From a virus (Duplodnaviria > Caudoviricetes), in the IMG/VR virus record IMGVR_UViG_3300013288_000001, positions 7,140 through 71,139 of that record: a stretch of DNA of 64,000 nucleotides. One strand, written 5' to 3'. Shown in pieces: positions 8,198-17,229 of this stretch. The position numbers were made by a program, and so were the translations under genes. Below the pieces are notes generated by a model. That model was not told the origin of the DNA. It did no database searches and saw only the letters and a program-made list of their open reading frames with translations. Position 1 is the first letter of the stretch; the number at the start of each line of letters is the position of its first letter.

Positions 8198-9729
8198 TGA
8201 AGACTCTCCATTACTTGCCGACCAAGCCATTTAGCAACTTCCGGTGTTACAGCGTTGCCAATTTGCTTGACCTGCTCGGACTTGTTCCCAGTGATGATGT
8301 AACTTTGAGGAAAGCTCATAGCCAGCTTAAGTTCCTGCGGTACCAGCATCCGGAAGCCGCAATCCGGTAGCATTTCCTCAGGGGTAATCAGCGCGTGACG
8401 ATCCACCGTCGTCAGAGTCGGCAATGGTTCACTGGTACGGGCGTAGGTGGGCTGATTGCCATAATAGGCCATAATCAGCGCATGATGCGCCCCGGTTGAC
8501 GTAATTGTAGATAGAGGCTCATCCACGTTGCGAACCGTCGAATTCTGCCGTAATTCCGCCAGGAATGGAGGCATCACCAGTCCATGCTGGCTGGCGCTGG
8601 CAACCACCGTAGTCAGTGGTTCATCAACGCCAATACTCGGCTGGTTGTAACCGTCTTTGGCACTGTTTTTCATAACCGTCATAAACGGCGGCACACAAAG
8701 TTGCTGTTCATTGTTCATGCTGGTGACACACCACAGCGGGTCATCAACCGTCCTCAAAGGATTGCGCCCATCGTGCTGGGAAGTCAGGAACGGTGGCACC
8801 AAGGCCAGCGTTTGCTGACTGGTGATGGTGTGCAGAACCCCGTCCAGCGATGAGACCTTGCCGGGGTGTTCGGCGTGCAGGTGTCCTAGATCGAGCACAT
8901 GACCGCCGAATTTTTTCAGACCGGCCAGAACGCGTTCCATCGTGCGAGGCTTCAGTGGTTTTTCACGGTCTCCAATGCGCGGGCATTCCAGTGACCAGTC
9001 AATGATGCTGGCTGCCGCGGTATGACCGGGCTTAATTTCTTCGCCGCACTGCGGGCAACGATAGACATACTGCCGCCGGGTGCCATAACGTCCCCAGGGG
9101 AAATCTGATTTCTTAAAGCTTTGAATAGCTTTAACAGTCCCATGCTTGGAGCAATTCGCCAGCGGGCGAAAGTCCAGATCGGGCGCTTTGTTGCCACGCT
9201 TCCAGAACACCGCGTAGAAACGATCCCGACTCTGCGGAACGCCAAAAAACTGGCTATTGAAATAGCAAATGCGGTGCTCATAGCCAAGATTTCGCATGGC
9301 CGTTAGCCACTGGTCATAGTATTCCCAATAGCGAATGTCTACTACATTCTCAACAATGACCGCTTCGTATTGATGATAGGCGGTAAACTCGACCACTTCT
9401 CGCATAGTGGCACGACTGCGGATTTCATCGGGGGTAAGCACGCTTTCTCCCCACAAGTCCAGCTGCGAAGCGCCTTTGCGCTTGCGCCCCTTTGCCAGAC
9501 TATGAGAGGTGCAGCTGGGCGAAAACCATGCCACATCAGTACGCGGATACCAGGACGGATGCGCCTCCTGAAGATCGTCAATGCTGTGTTCTGTTTGCGG
9601 ATGGTTGGTCTGGTGTGTTTCGATGGCACGCGCCCAGTGATTTGCGGCATGACGCACTTCAAAACCAGCCTCTACCAAGCCGGTGCTACTCCCCCCTGCC
9701 CCGCAAAAGAAATCGGTGGCAGTAATCAC
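8194..9729 (-). CDS. C5-cytosine DNA methyltransferase
   Basis: DFFCGAGG (motif I), FSPSC (IV), ENV (VI), QSRDR (VIII), KQIGNAV (X); repeated EPLxTxT segments in the variable region. Confidence 0.9.
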   Translation of the reverse strand: MITATDFFCGAGGSSTGLVEAGFEVRHAANHWARAIETHQTNHPQTEHSIDDLQEAHPSWYPRTDVAWFSPSCTSHSLAKGRKRKGASQLDLWGESVLTPDEIRSRATMREVVEFTAYHQYEAVIVENVVDIRYWEYYDQWLTAMRNLGYEHRICYFNSQFFGVPQSRDRFYAVFWKRGNKAPDLDFRPLANCSKHGTVKAIQSFKKSDFPWGRYGTRRQYVYRCPQCGEEIKPGHTAAASIIDWSLECPRIGDREKPLKPRTMERVLAGLKKFGGHVLDLGHLHAEHPGKVSSLDGVLHTITSQQTLALVPPFLTSQHDGRNPLRTVDDPLWCVTSMNNEQQLCVPPFMTVMKNSAKDGYNQPSIGVDEPLTTVVASASQHGLVMPPFLAELRQNSTVRNVDEPLSTITSTGAHHALIMAYYGNQPTYARTSEPLPTLTTVDRHALITPEEMLPDCGFRMLVPQELKLAMSFPQSYIITGNKSEQVKQIGNAVTPEVAKWLGRQVMESLQ

Positions 9730-10073
9730 AGCCCTGCCCCGATCAACTCGTTATGGCGGGCGATGCGTTCCGCGTCATAGTCCCAGTTTAGTTCGATAAA
9801 CCGCGCCAGAGTCAGGCGAGTGGCCTTGCCGCTGTAGGCTGGCTTAATCGTCACGGTCTTTGCGGTGATGCTGGTGATTTCACCCACGTAGATGAGGTTC
9901 CAGCTTCCATGTACCGCCTTGTCCCCGACAACAAATACCAGGTCAAACGGCACGGGTTCAGACACAGTATGCTTGCCAAAGATACGGACACTCTGGCGCG
10001 GCATGACATTGGCATGATGCTCATCTAGCAGCTTGTCGGTTTCCAAGTGCCGGTGTTCGATGATGTTAGGCAT
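9726..10073 (-). CDS. hypothetical protein
   Basis: 115-aa ORF coupled to neighbours. Confidence 0.6.
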   Translation of the reverse strand: MPNIIEHRHLETDKLLDEHHANVMPRQSVRIFGKHTVSEPVPFDLVFVVGDKAVHGSWNLIYVGEITSITAKTVTIKPAYSGKATRLTLARFIELNWDYDAERIARHNELIGAGL

Positions 10074-10548
10074 AGGTCACACTTCCCTTCTCCCATTCAG
10101 GCTGCCAGATCGATTCAGGTACCACCCAGTTCCATAGCCCCTGTTGCCCGCTAACCGGAATAGGCGTTTCAAATCGATGTACCATCTCAATCTTCCAGGC
10201 AAAGCGACCGAGCTGGAAGTTGCCGAACATGTATTCCCGACTGGAATACAGCATGGTTTCCATGACGCGCTCAGTCGGGATGCAATCCACCAGCCGCCCG
10301 ACACACAACATGGCCCGCTGTGGCAACAAACGCGGATCATCGGGTAAACCGTGTTCTTCCAGCGTGGCACCTAGCACGTTTTGCATGTGCCAAAAATCGT
10401 TACTGGTCGGCTTCCGGGCCGCCGCATGGATAGCGATCAGACCGCGATAGGAAGTCTTCCAATCGCGTGTTTCATATTGCTTCTCGCCTAACGCCACCAG
10501 AGAAGCCCACGGTTGCCAGATAGTTAACGCCTTTATTTTGCGGCTCAT
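10066..10548 (-). CDS. ASCH domain protein
   Basis: KALTIWQPWASLV...GEKQYETR.W...YRGLIAIHA and GQQGLW signature. Confidence 0.85.
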   Translation of the reverse strand: MSRKIKALTIWQPWASLVALGEKQYETRDWKTSYRGLIAIHAAARKPTSNDFWHMQNVLGATLEEHGLPDDPRLLPQRAMLCVGRLVDCIPTERVMETMLYSSREYMFGNFQLGRFAWKIEMVHRFETPIPVSGQQGLWNWVVPESIWQPEWEKGSVTYA

Positions 10549-10564
10549 GGTTCACCCCTTTCTG

Positions 10565-10586
10565 ACTATACTATATAGTATAACTT
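10565..10586 (-). promoter_or_regulatory. AAGTGAT-family promoter, copy 2
   Basis: AAGTTAT ACTATATA GTATAGT. Confidence 0.6.
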
Positions 10587-10601
10587 TTAATTCGTCGCAG
10601 G

Positions 10602-10625
10602 AAAAGGCAGAGTTTTACCCCTGCC
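10602..10625 (-). terminator. intrinsic terminator
   Basis: Minus strand GGCAGGGG-taaaa-CTCTGCC followed by TTTT. Confidence 0.6.
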
Positions 10626-10629
10626 CCGC

Positions 10630-11136
10630 TTACGCTTCCTGAATGCGCTCCCAAACGTGCTGGATAGCGATGCTGATTATCATGCGGTACTTGGGAGCCT
10701 TGCGGTTGCGCCTGCTGTACCACTCGACATCCGGGAGCAGGCGCTGGAACTCTTGCACCAGCACCCCTATCGCGTCCGCTGTCGCTTCCGTGATATAGAC
10801 ACACACGTCCGCTGTAGAGTCATAGTCAGGCGCTTCGACCACCAGATGGTAATCCGACAAATAGCGTTCCAGCTGCGCCTTGGTGATGCGATCCTTGCCC
10901 ACATCGCGGGCCGTGCTCAAGATAATCTGACTGACCACGTTGGAGCGCTCCGGCTTGCCCGTCACTTTGTCTCGCAGCGCCGGGAACCAGTAGCCCGCCG
11001 CCATGTTTTCGGTCATGGCGGCATACCGCTCCATTTGCTGTTCCAGCCAAGTGGTCACAGCCTCGATACGCTCCATGATGAGCGGCGTATCCGCCATGTA
11101 AAAGCGGCTGTTTGCTGGTTTGACAGTTGAGGTCAC
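10630..11136 (-). CDS. hypothetical protein
   Basis: 168-aa ORF. Confidence 0.6.
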   Translation of the reverse strand: MTSTVKPANSRFYMADTPLIMERIEAVTTWLEQQMERYAAMTENMAAGYWFPALRDKVTGKPERSNVVSQIILSTARDVGKDRITKAQLERYLSDYHLVVEAPDYDSTADVCVYITEATADAIGVLVQEFQRLLPDVEWYSRRNRKAPKYRMIISIAIQHVWERIQEA

Positions 11137-11831
11137 ACTTTTTCCTTCATCGCGTCCAGGACTTCATCGAAGTTGAAATCGTAGACCGCGCAATAGCGGG
11201 CGATTAACTTCATAATCCCCGCGCCGATTAGTTCAGCATCCAGCTTATCCGGGATGCTCTCGGTTTCGACCAGTAGAATGGCCTCGAACAAGTCCAGGTC
11301 AGGCTGGCGCTGGTTGCCCTTGGCATAGACGACTGGTAGCAGAGTCGCAGCACCATCCACGCTCACACGATGCGGGCGGGCGTGTTTGTCCTGGTTCGCC
11401 AGGGAGATAGCTGCGTCAATCGCGTCCTCATAGTCTATCAGGTTTTCGCTATCTGGCACTATCCGCCATTCCCCCGGCTTGACCTGCACTTCAACGTGGT
11501 AGCGGTAGGTCTGATCGACTTCGTTGGGATCATCGGGCGCATAGCGAACCAGCCGCACGGGACTACCCTGCCCGCCGTCTGACCAGAGTTGACCGTAGAG
11601 GTAGTGGTATGCCTGTGCCGGCTCATTTGGCTTGTCAGTTTTGGCACTGCTGCGCCAGCGGAACGGTGTGTTAACCTGATCCCGCTGCAAACTCAGCAGC
11701 CGCGCCGCGTCCTGAGCTTCCTTCTCAGTCGGGTAAGCCATGCCCGCGATTGCGTCCCAACGGTGCTGTTCCAGACCGTCAGTGTCTTCATAGGTCACAC
11801 GGCGTTCAACCAACCAGGTTACAGGTGCCAT
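11133..11831 (-). CDS. hypothetical protein
   Basis: 232-aa ORF with GGAGG RBS. Confidence 0.6.
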   Translation of the reverse strand: MAPVTWLVERRVTYEDTDGLEQHRWDAIAGMAYPTEKEAQDAARLLSLQRDQVNTPFRWRSSAKTDKPNEPAQAYHYLYGQLWSDGGQGSPVRLVRYAPDDPNEVDQTYRYHVEVQVKPGEWRIVPDSENLIDYEDAIDAAISLANQDKHARPHRVSVDGAATLLPVVYAKGNQRQPDLDLFEAILLVETESIPDKLDAELIGAGIMKLIARYCAVYDFNFDEVLDAMKEKV

Positions 11832-11845
11832 ACCATACCTCCTTG

Positions 11846-12106
11846 CTAAACCGGGGTGCCGCTATCAAAATTGCCTGAAATCAGGTCTTCGTGAATGATG
11901 TAGCCCGCGTCTACGACCACCCGCACGTCCAGCCCATTGATCGACACTTCCACGTAAGGACTGTCATACCAACAGTTTTCGGCAATCGTGGCGTAGTATC
12001 CGCGAACTTCCGGTCTGGTTTCGATCTCTGGAAAGAGCCGATGGAATTCATTTGCATCCAGAATGACCCGCTGCCCCTCACGGTACAGCACCTCTTCCCA
12101 TTTCAC
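11846..12106 (-). CDS. hypothetical protein
   Basis: 86-aa ORF. Confidence 0.55.
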   Translation of the reverse strand: MKWEEVLYREGQRVILDANEFHRLFPEIETRPEVRGYYATIAENCWYDSPYVEVSINGLDVRVVVDAGYIIHEDLISGNFDSGTPV

Positions 12107-12132
12107 GTTGACCCCTACCCTTCTCTATACGC

Positions 12133-12339
12133 TTACTCCGACTGACCACGACGCCGAATCTGACCAAGCTGTGCCAGCATCGCAGCGAAGCCCAGTGCAC
12201 TGCCCCGGTTCTGGTTACGCAGATGTGCAGGTACAGTCTTCTTCCCCGCACGGCGTTCCTTGTGGAAGGCCCGCCGCGCTGCGGCCTTACGCTCGACCCG
12301 CGCTTTATGTCGGTTGATTTTGCTGGAACGGGATTTCAT
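12133..12339 (-). CDS. small Arg/Lys-rich protein (68 aa)
   Basis: AAGGTGG RBS; first gene after the promoter and LexA box at 12354-12391. Confidence 0.6.
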   Translation of the reverse strand: MKSRSSKINRHKARVERKAAARRAFHKERRAGKKTVPAHLRNQNRGSALGFAAMLAQLGQIRRRGQSE

Positions 12340-12353
12340 CTACCACCTTTCCC

Positions 12354-12367
12354 AGAACTGGCGTTCT
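12354..12367. promoter_or_regulatory. LexA (SOS) box
   Basis: AGAAC-TGGC-GTTCT, perfect match, overlapping the predicted start site of promoter copy 3. Confidence 0.7.
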
Positions 12368-12369
12368 GT

Positions 12370-12391
12370 GACATACAGTATAGCATCACTT
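12370..12391 (-). promoter_or_regulatory. AAGTGAT-family promoter, copy 3
   Basis: AAGTGAT GCTATACT GTATGTC. Confidence 0.5.
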
Positions 12392-12420
12392 CTCACTAAT
12401 CAAAACAGCAAACCTGCTAA

Positions 12421-12669
12421 TTACAGATCGCACTCCCGCCTAGCCAGAAAATCACCGATACAGGCTGAAGCACTACGCCCCCGGCGAAACCGTGCCAGTT
12501 CTGGATAGGCGTAGTTATAGTCCACCTCAATCTGAGCAATAAGGCGTAAGCGGGCTAAGTGCAAATCCTGCCGTTGGGCTTGCAAGAATTTGCGAAGCCG
12601 CGTTGCATCTTTTGCCATCTGATCGGCTATAGATTCGGATTGCAACTCTAGGCTGAATTCCTTTTGCAT
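12421..12669 (-). CDS. hypothetical protein
   Basis: 82-aa ORF. Confidence 0.4.
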   Translation of the reverse strand: MQKEFSLELQSESIADQMAKDATRLRKFLQAQRQDLHLARLRLIAQIEVDYNYAYPELARFRRGRSASACIGDFLARRECDL

Positions 12670-13004
12670 AAAAACACTCCTTTCAAAGCGGGTGCTGACT
12701 GCGCGATGCGATAGGACTTCAGGAACAACACCCCGCTCCGGCAGTGTTGGCCCGTAATAAACCGAATGCGGGCATTGATTCGCCCGTGGGCGTAACTGGC
12801 GGGGACGTAGCCAACCTGCCGACGACCTGCCCGCAAGTAGCGCACTACGTCATCAATGACGGACATGGATTGGTTCAGACTGGAGATCATGACCGACCGC
12901 GCTTGATCTTCGGTGATCTGCCCCGCTGCAACCGCCTTGGCTAGAAGCTGGAAGGGTTGCAAGCGGGCGCTGATGTCTGCTGCAAATTGGGCGATGGGTT
13001 CCAT
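12648..13004 (-). CDS. hypothetical protein
   Basis: 118-aa ORF coupled to the methyltransferase stop. Confidence 0.5.
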   Translation of the reverse strand: MEPIAQFAADISARLQPFQLLAKAVAAGQITEDQARSVMISSLNQSMSVIDDVVRYLRAGRRQVGYVPASYAHGRINARIRFITGQHCRSGVLFLKSYRIAQSAPALKGVFLCKRNSA

Positions 13005-13840
13005 TAAACCGCCATTTCCTTTTGTTCCAACTGTGTTATGAAATTGAGCGTGTACGGTTCTGCCAGTCGTCGCTGGGCAATGGCAACATAATCAGAGGAC
13101 AGATCGCAACCGATGAAACGGCGACCGAGATTGCGGGCGGCGACTATGGTGGTACCGGAACCCATGAATGGGTCAAGGATGAGCCAACCCGGTCGAGTGT
13201 ATGTTTCGATCAATCGTTCCAGTAATAGAAGCGGTTTTTGAGTAGGGTGCAGCGTTTCTGTGTTCTGAAACGCGGTATTCCGTTGCGCGAAAGTCCACAC
13301 CGAACGCGGAAAACGCGCCCCGGTATCCTGATAAGAACCCTTGCGTTCGTGTTTGCCGTAGTGATCTGCCTTTCCTGAGGGTATAGACCCGGAACGAATA
13401 ACATTGCTAGTTTCCATTTGCGGGAAGTATTCCGGCTCATTGTCGGCAAATATTTCAATCAATTCATGACATTCCAGTGGACGGCGGTTAGCATTGAGGA
13501 ACCCGACTGGCATAGTTTTATGCCACACGATTTCATCCCGCCATCCTTTTCGATTACTGACAATCAAGTCAGTGGTGAACGGCTGCATACTGAATAGAAT
13601 CGCGGGACTGCGTGTTGACTTGGAAACGCGGCGCACCTGCAGCCAAAACTCTTTCCAGTCGATAGCCTGCTCAAAAACTAGGTTTGTCATGTTGTACGGC
13701 GGGTCAGTAATAATTGCGTCTACACTGCCAGCGGGCAGGCCGCGCAGCAGATTGAGCGCGTCGCAGCACTGGACGGAGTCAAGCGGCCACGCGCCAATCA
13801 TCGGCGGTGCATTGGAAATTGCGGCGGGGAGTAGGTGCAT
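13004..13840 (-). CDS. N6-adenine/N4-cytosine DNA methyltransferase (beta class)
   Basis: ITDPPY before HPTQKP and LDPFMGSGTT. Confidence 0.92.
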   Translation of the reverse strand: MHLLPAAISNAPPMIGAWPLDSVQCCDALNLLRGLPAGSVDAIITDPPYNMTNLVFEQAIDWKEFWLQVRRVSKSTRSPAILFSMQPFTTDLIVSNRKGWRDEIVWHKTMPVGFLNANRRPLECHELIEIFADNEPEYFPQMETSNVIRSGSIPSGKADHYGKHERKGSYQDTGARFPRSVWTFAQRNTAFQNTETLHPTQKPLLLLERLIETYTRPGWLILDPFMGSGTTIVAARNLGRRFIGCDLSSDYVAIAQRRLAEPYTLNFITQLEQKEMAV

Positions 13841-13878
13841 TACTTGCCCTTCATAGTTAAAGTTCTATCGTCCTGTTT

Positions 13879-13900
13879 ATAATACATTACAATATCACTT
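13879..13900 (-). promoter_or_regulatory. AAGTGAT-family promoter, copy 4
   Basis: AAGTGAT ATTGTAAT GTATTAT. Confidence 0.6.
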
Positions 13901-13997
13901 TTAGCAAGCATAAAGAGAAGCTCTAGCCCAACAAAGTTTGCGGTTCGGTGACTAGAGCTTCACTCCCACTTCAGGCGTTGGAGGCCGCCTACACAAG

Positions 13998-14019
13998 ATT
14001 ATACTACATACTCACACTT
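13998..14019 (-). promoter_or_regulatory. AAGTGAT-family promoter, copy 5
   Basis: AAGTGTG AGTATGTA GTATAAT. Confidence 0.6.
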
Positions 14020-14023
14020 ACGG

Positions 14024-15712
14024 CTAGGACGCAATGCGCTGCATGTACTCTTGCAGGATCGCCTTGAGCTTAAGCCGCGCCATGCCTTGATCCAGATCGT
14101 CCAGCGCCAGCAGGCTATCCACTTCGCTGGTAAGGCGATTGAGGCGCAGCTGACAAACCTGTGACACCAGCGGGCGCTTTTCCAGTAACAGACCGTAGCG
14201 TTCCAGCATCTCCCACCCTTCGACCTCCCCTACCCGCAATTGCCCTGTGAGTACCGTTTCAGCCAGCCGCCCGGATTGCGGGAAGTCGGTTGGTGTGAGT
14301 GGCAAGAGCGTCATGGAAGCCAAGACCTGGTTCACAAAATTGAGCAGCGCCGGGGCTTCGATCAGCGTCCGCAGGATGTTGAGTTCAATGCCGGATTTCG
14401 GTAGCGTCTCCGGCTTTTTCACCAGCCTAATTTCCGGTGCGGGGGACATCTCTGGCATCTCCAAAACCTGAGCAACCGGCAGGGATAGACGCATGGCGAG
14501 AGTCTGCACCGCGTCATGGCGGATCACGTCACTCTCGGCTTTCAGGAGTACCGGGATGAGCGATTTCGCCACGTCCAAGCGCTGGTGCGGACTGGCATTG
14601 GCGGGTAAACTCTCAACCGCACGGGCAATCAGCCAGTTTGTCACCGGTTCGGCCTGGTCGATCAACCCCGTCCACTGCCCTTCCCGAATGGCGTCATCGG
14701 GGTCTACGCCCTCCGGCAAGGTCATCACCCGAATATCGCGGTTGACCTGCACCATGATCTCCAGACTACGCCGAGTCGCGGTTTGACCCGCTGCATCACC
14801 ATCCAGGGCAATGATGATCTGCCCCGCGCCGCGAAGCTGATGGGCTTGCTCAGGTGTCAGGGCCGTCCCCATTTGAGCGACCACGTTGCGATGGCCCGCC
14901 TGATGCGCCTGGATAACATCCATGTAGCCCTCGACGATGACCGCGCTATTGCTGCTGCGAATAGCTTCCCGTGCCGCGTGCAGACCAAAGAGCAGCTTCG
15001 ACTTGGCAAAGAGAATGCCCTCAGGCGAGTTCAGGTACTTCGGTTCGTCTGCCGGGTCGAGTGACCGCGCTCCGAAGCCCACCACCCTGCCCCGTTCGTC
15101 CTGGATTGGGATCATGAGGCGATGGCGGAAGCGGTCATAGTGGCGCGTTTCGTTCTTACTAACCAGTCCAGCCGCCATCAGATCTTCCCGGCTGTAGCCT
15201 AGTTTTGTCGCCTCATCCAGCCAGTTCGACCACCCCGGCAAGGCATAACCGAGTTGCCACGCGGTGATGGTTTCCAGGGACAGGCCGCGCTCATCGGTCA
15301 GGTAGCGTCGGGTTTCCTGCGCCAGCGGATGCTCGCTCAGAAGCTGGGCGTGGTACCATGTCGCTGCTTCCGACAAAATGCCCCGCAGTTTATCCAGCTG
15401 CGCTTCAGCGGCCTTCTGGCGCGGACTCTGGCTACGTACATCTACGCCCGCCTCTTTGCCTAAGGCTTCCAGCGCTTCAGGGAAACTCCAACCGTGTTGC
15501 TTCATGGCAAAGCTGAACACATCGCCGCCGGTGTTGCAGGCTCCGAAGCAGTGCCAGGTGCCGCGTTCCGGGTCTACGGTGAAGCTGGGGGTTTTCTCGG
15601 CATGGAACGGGCAACACGCCTTGTACAGCCGCCCTGCCTTTTTGAGACTGACACCCTTTTGAATATACGAAACGATGTCGATCCGTGCCTTGATTTCATC
15701 GACCGGGGTCAT
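14024..15712 (-). CDS. dnaG: DNA primase
   Basis: CHC2 zinc finger (CPFH...WHCFGAC), RFRHRLMIPI, KYLNSPE, TOPRIM VEGYMD and ALDGDAAG. Confidence 0.95.
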   Translation of the reverse strand: MTPVDEIKARIDIVSYIQKGVSLKKAGRLYKACCPFHAEKTPSFTVDPERGTWHCFGACNTGGDVFSFAMKQHGWSFPEALEALGKEAGVDVRSQSPRQKAAEAQLDKLRGILSEAATWYHAQLLSEHPLAQETRRYLTDERGLSLETITAWQLGYALPGWSNWLDEATKLGYSREDLMAAGLVSKNETRHYDRFRHRLMIPIQDERGRVVGFGARSLDPADEPKYLNSPEGILFAKSKLLFGLHAAREAIRSSNSAVIVEGYMDVIQAHQAGHRNVVAQMGTALTPEQAHQLRGAGQIIIALDGDAAGQTATRRSLEIMVQVNRDIRVMTLPEGVDPDDAIREGQWTGLIDQAEPVTNWLIARAVESLPANASPHQRLDVAKSLIPVLLKAESDVIRHDAVQTLAMRLSLPVAQVLEMPEMSPAPEIRLVKKPETLPKSGIELNILRTLIEAPALLNFVNQVLASMTLLPLTPTDFPQSGRLAETVLTGQLRVGEVEGWEMLERYGLLLEKRPLVSQVCQLRLNRLTSEVDSLLALDDLDQGMARLKLKAILQEYMQRIAS

Positions 15713-17229
15713 TGAATACCTCCAAGCTGATAGCCGCCTGGAGCGCCTGGTACGGCATTCGACATGGCATCGCTGAATAGCTGGAACTCTGGTTGCCAGT
15801 CCAGTTCAATGGTTGTGCTACGGTCAATCGGGCCGGAACGATTCTTGCGAAGGATAATCTCTGCATTCATGTTGTCCGGTTCGCTGGTGACATAGCGTTC
15901 CTGGTACAAAAAGGCGATCACATCAGCAGCCATCTTGCCGATGCTACCGAAGTACAGATCTTCCATCTCTGGCTTACGTCCCTTGCGGGTAGCCCACCCC
16001 TTATTCATCTGCGTTGCGGCCCAAATCGGCACGTCATAGTCTTTCTTAAGGCGATCCAGCGTGCTGTAAACATGCTGCATATGCAGGCGTTCGTTATCCC
16101 GAAAACGCCCGCCGTCGGAGATGGTCGAAGTCATCACGTAGTCAATAAACACCACGTCATAACCGGGCGAAAGCTGATGCTGTACCAGCTTGGCTTCAAT
16201 CTGCTCGATGGTTGGCTGGCTCATGCTTTCGATGATAAAGCGGTTGCCATCGGTCAGGCGCTGCAATTCGTGCATACCCCGGCGAATAGCGGCTAGATCG
16301 CGCTCATTCTGCTTGCCGCCGGTCTGGTAAGTCGTGCCATCGATCATGCCTAACTGACAGATCAGGCGATCCATCATCTCATCCGCGCTCATTTCGAGGG
16401 AGATAAACAGCACCCGCCCGCCGCGCCGTAGGATGTTCGTGACCAGATTGAGCATAAGCGCCGTCTTTCCCCACCCCGGCGGCGCTCCAAACAAGTACAG
16501 CTTGCGCTTACGCAGTCCCAGCAACGACTTATCCAACCCAGCAAAGCCTGTGCTTAAACCCGGCTTGTAGTCGGCATTAAACCGCGCTTCCACGCTGGCA
16601 ATGTACTTGTCCAGATTGGCACTCACGTCATAGGTTTGACGGTCACTGAGCGCCATGAGTTTGACCTGCGACTCGCGAATGGATTGTGTCAGCGCGGTCG
16701 TGCATTCATCCACGGTCAGGTTGCCTACCCTGCCCGATAATTCAGCCAGCTTCATGGACGCTACCAGCATCTCCCGACCGACTGAGAAGCGCTGCAACGT
16801 GCGGGCATAGCTTTCCAGGTTCGGCCCGCTATGGTTTGCTAGTTCTACCAGCAGCGGATCGCCGCCGATTTCTTGGAGCAGCGTGCGGTTGTTTGGCGTG
16901 GTGTGGTTTCGCAGTTGTGCCGCTACGGTCTTGGCGTCTATCTGATCGCCCTGTTCGATGACCTCTTCCATCGCCCGCCAGATGTAACCGTGCTTCAGAC
17001 TGAAAAAGTCGGTGTGGTTTAACTGGCTGCTGACCCGGCGGAAATACTCATTCCCCTTGCCGATGATACCTGCTGCCAGGATGCTACCTAGTACCAGCCG
17101 TTCGTCGGCTTCCGAGTTGGGGAGCGACTTGCTGATCGCCAGCGTTTTTGACCCGATCTGAACGCCCCGCTTTGCGGTGTTCTCATTCAGCCAGACCTGT
17201 GCAGCGGGTTTAGTTGCCAAAGCATTCAC
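15709..17229 (-). CDS. dnaB: replicative DNA helicase
   Basis: Walker A GAPPGWGKT, FISLEM, FIDY, ATQMN, ILRKNRSG. Confidence 0.92.
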   Translation of the reverse strand: MNALATKPAAQVWLNENTAKRGVQIGSKTLAISKSLPNSEADERLVLGSILAAGIIGKGNEYFRRVSSQLNHTDFFSLKHGYIWRAMEEVIEQGDQIDAKTVAAQLRNHTTPNNRTLLQEIGGDPLLVELANHSGPNLESYARTLQRFSVGREMLVASMKLAELSGRVGNLTVDECTTALTQSIRESQVKLMALSDRQTYDVSANLDKYIASVEARFNADYKPGLSTGFAGLDKSLLGLRKRKLYLFGAPPGWGKTALMLNLVTNILRRGGRVLFISLEMSADEMMDRLICQLGMIDGTTYQTGGKQNERDLAAIRRGMHELQRLTDGNRFIIESMSQPTIEQIEAKLVQHQLSPGYDVVFIDYVMTSTISDGGRFRDNERLHMQHVYSTLDRLKKDYDVPIWAATQMNKGWATRKGRKPEMEDLYFGSIGKMAADVIAFLYQERYVTSEPDNMNAEIILRKNRSGPIDRSTTIELDWQPEFQLFSDAMSNAVPGAPGGYQLGGIQ

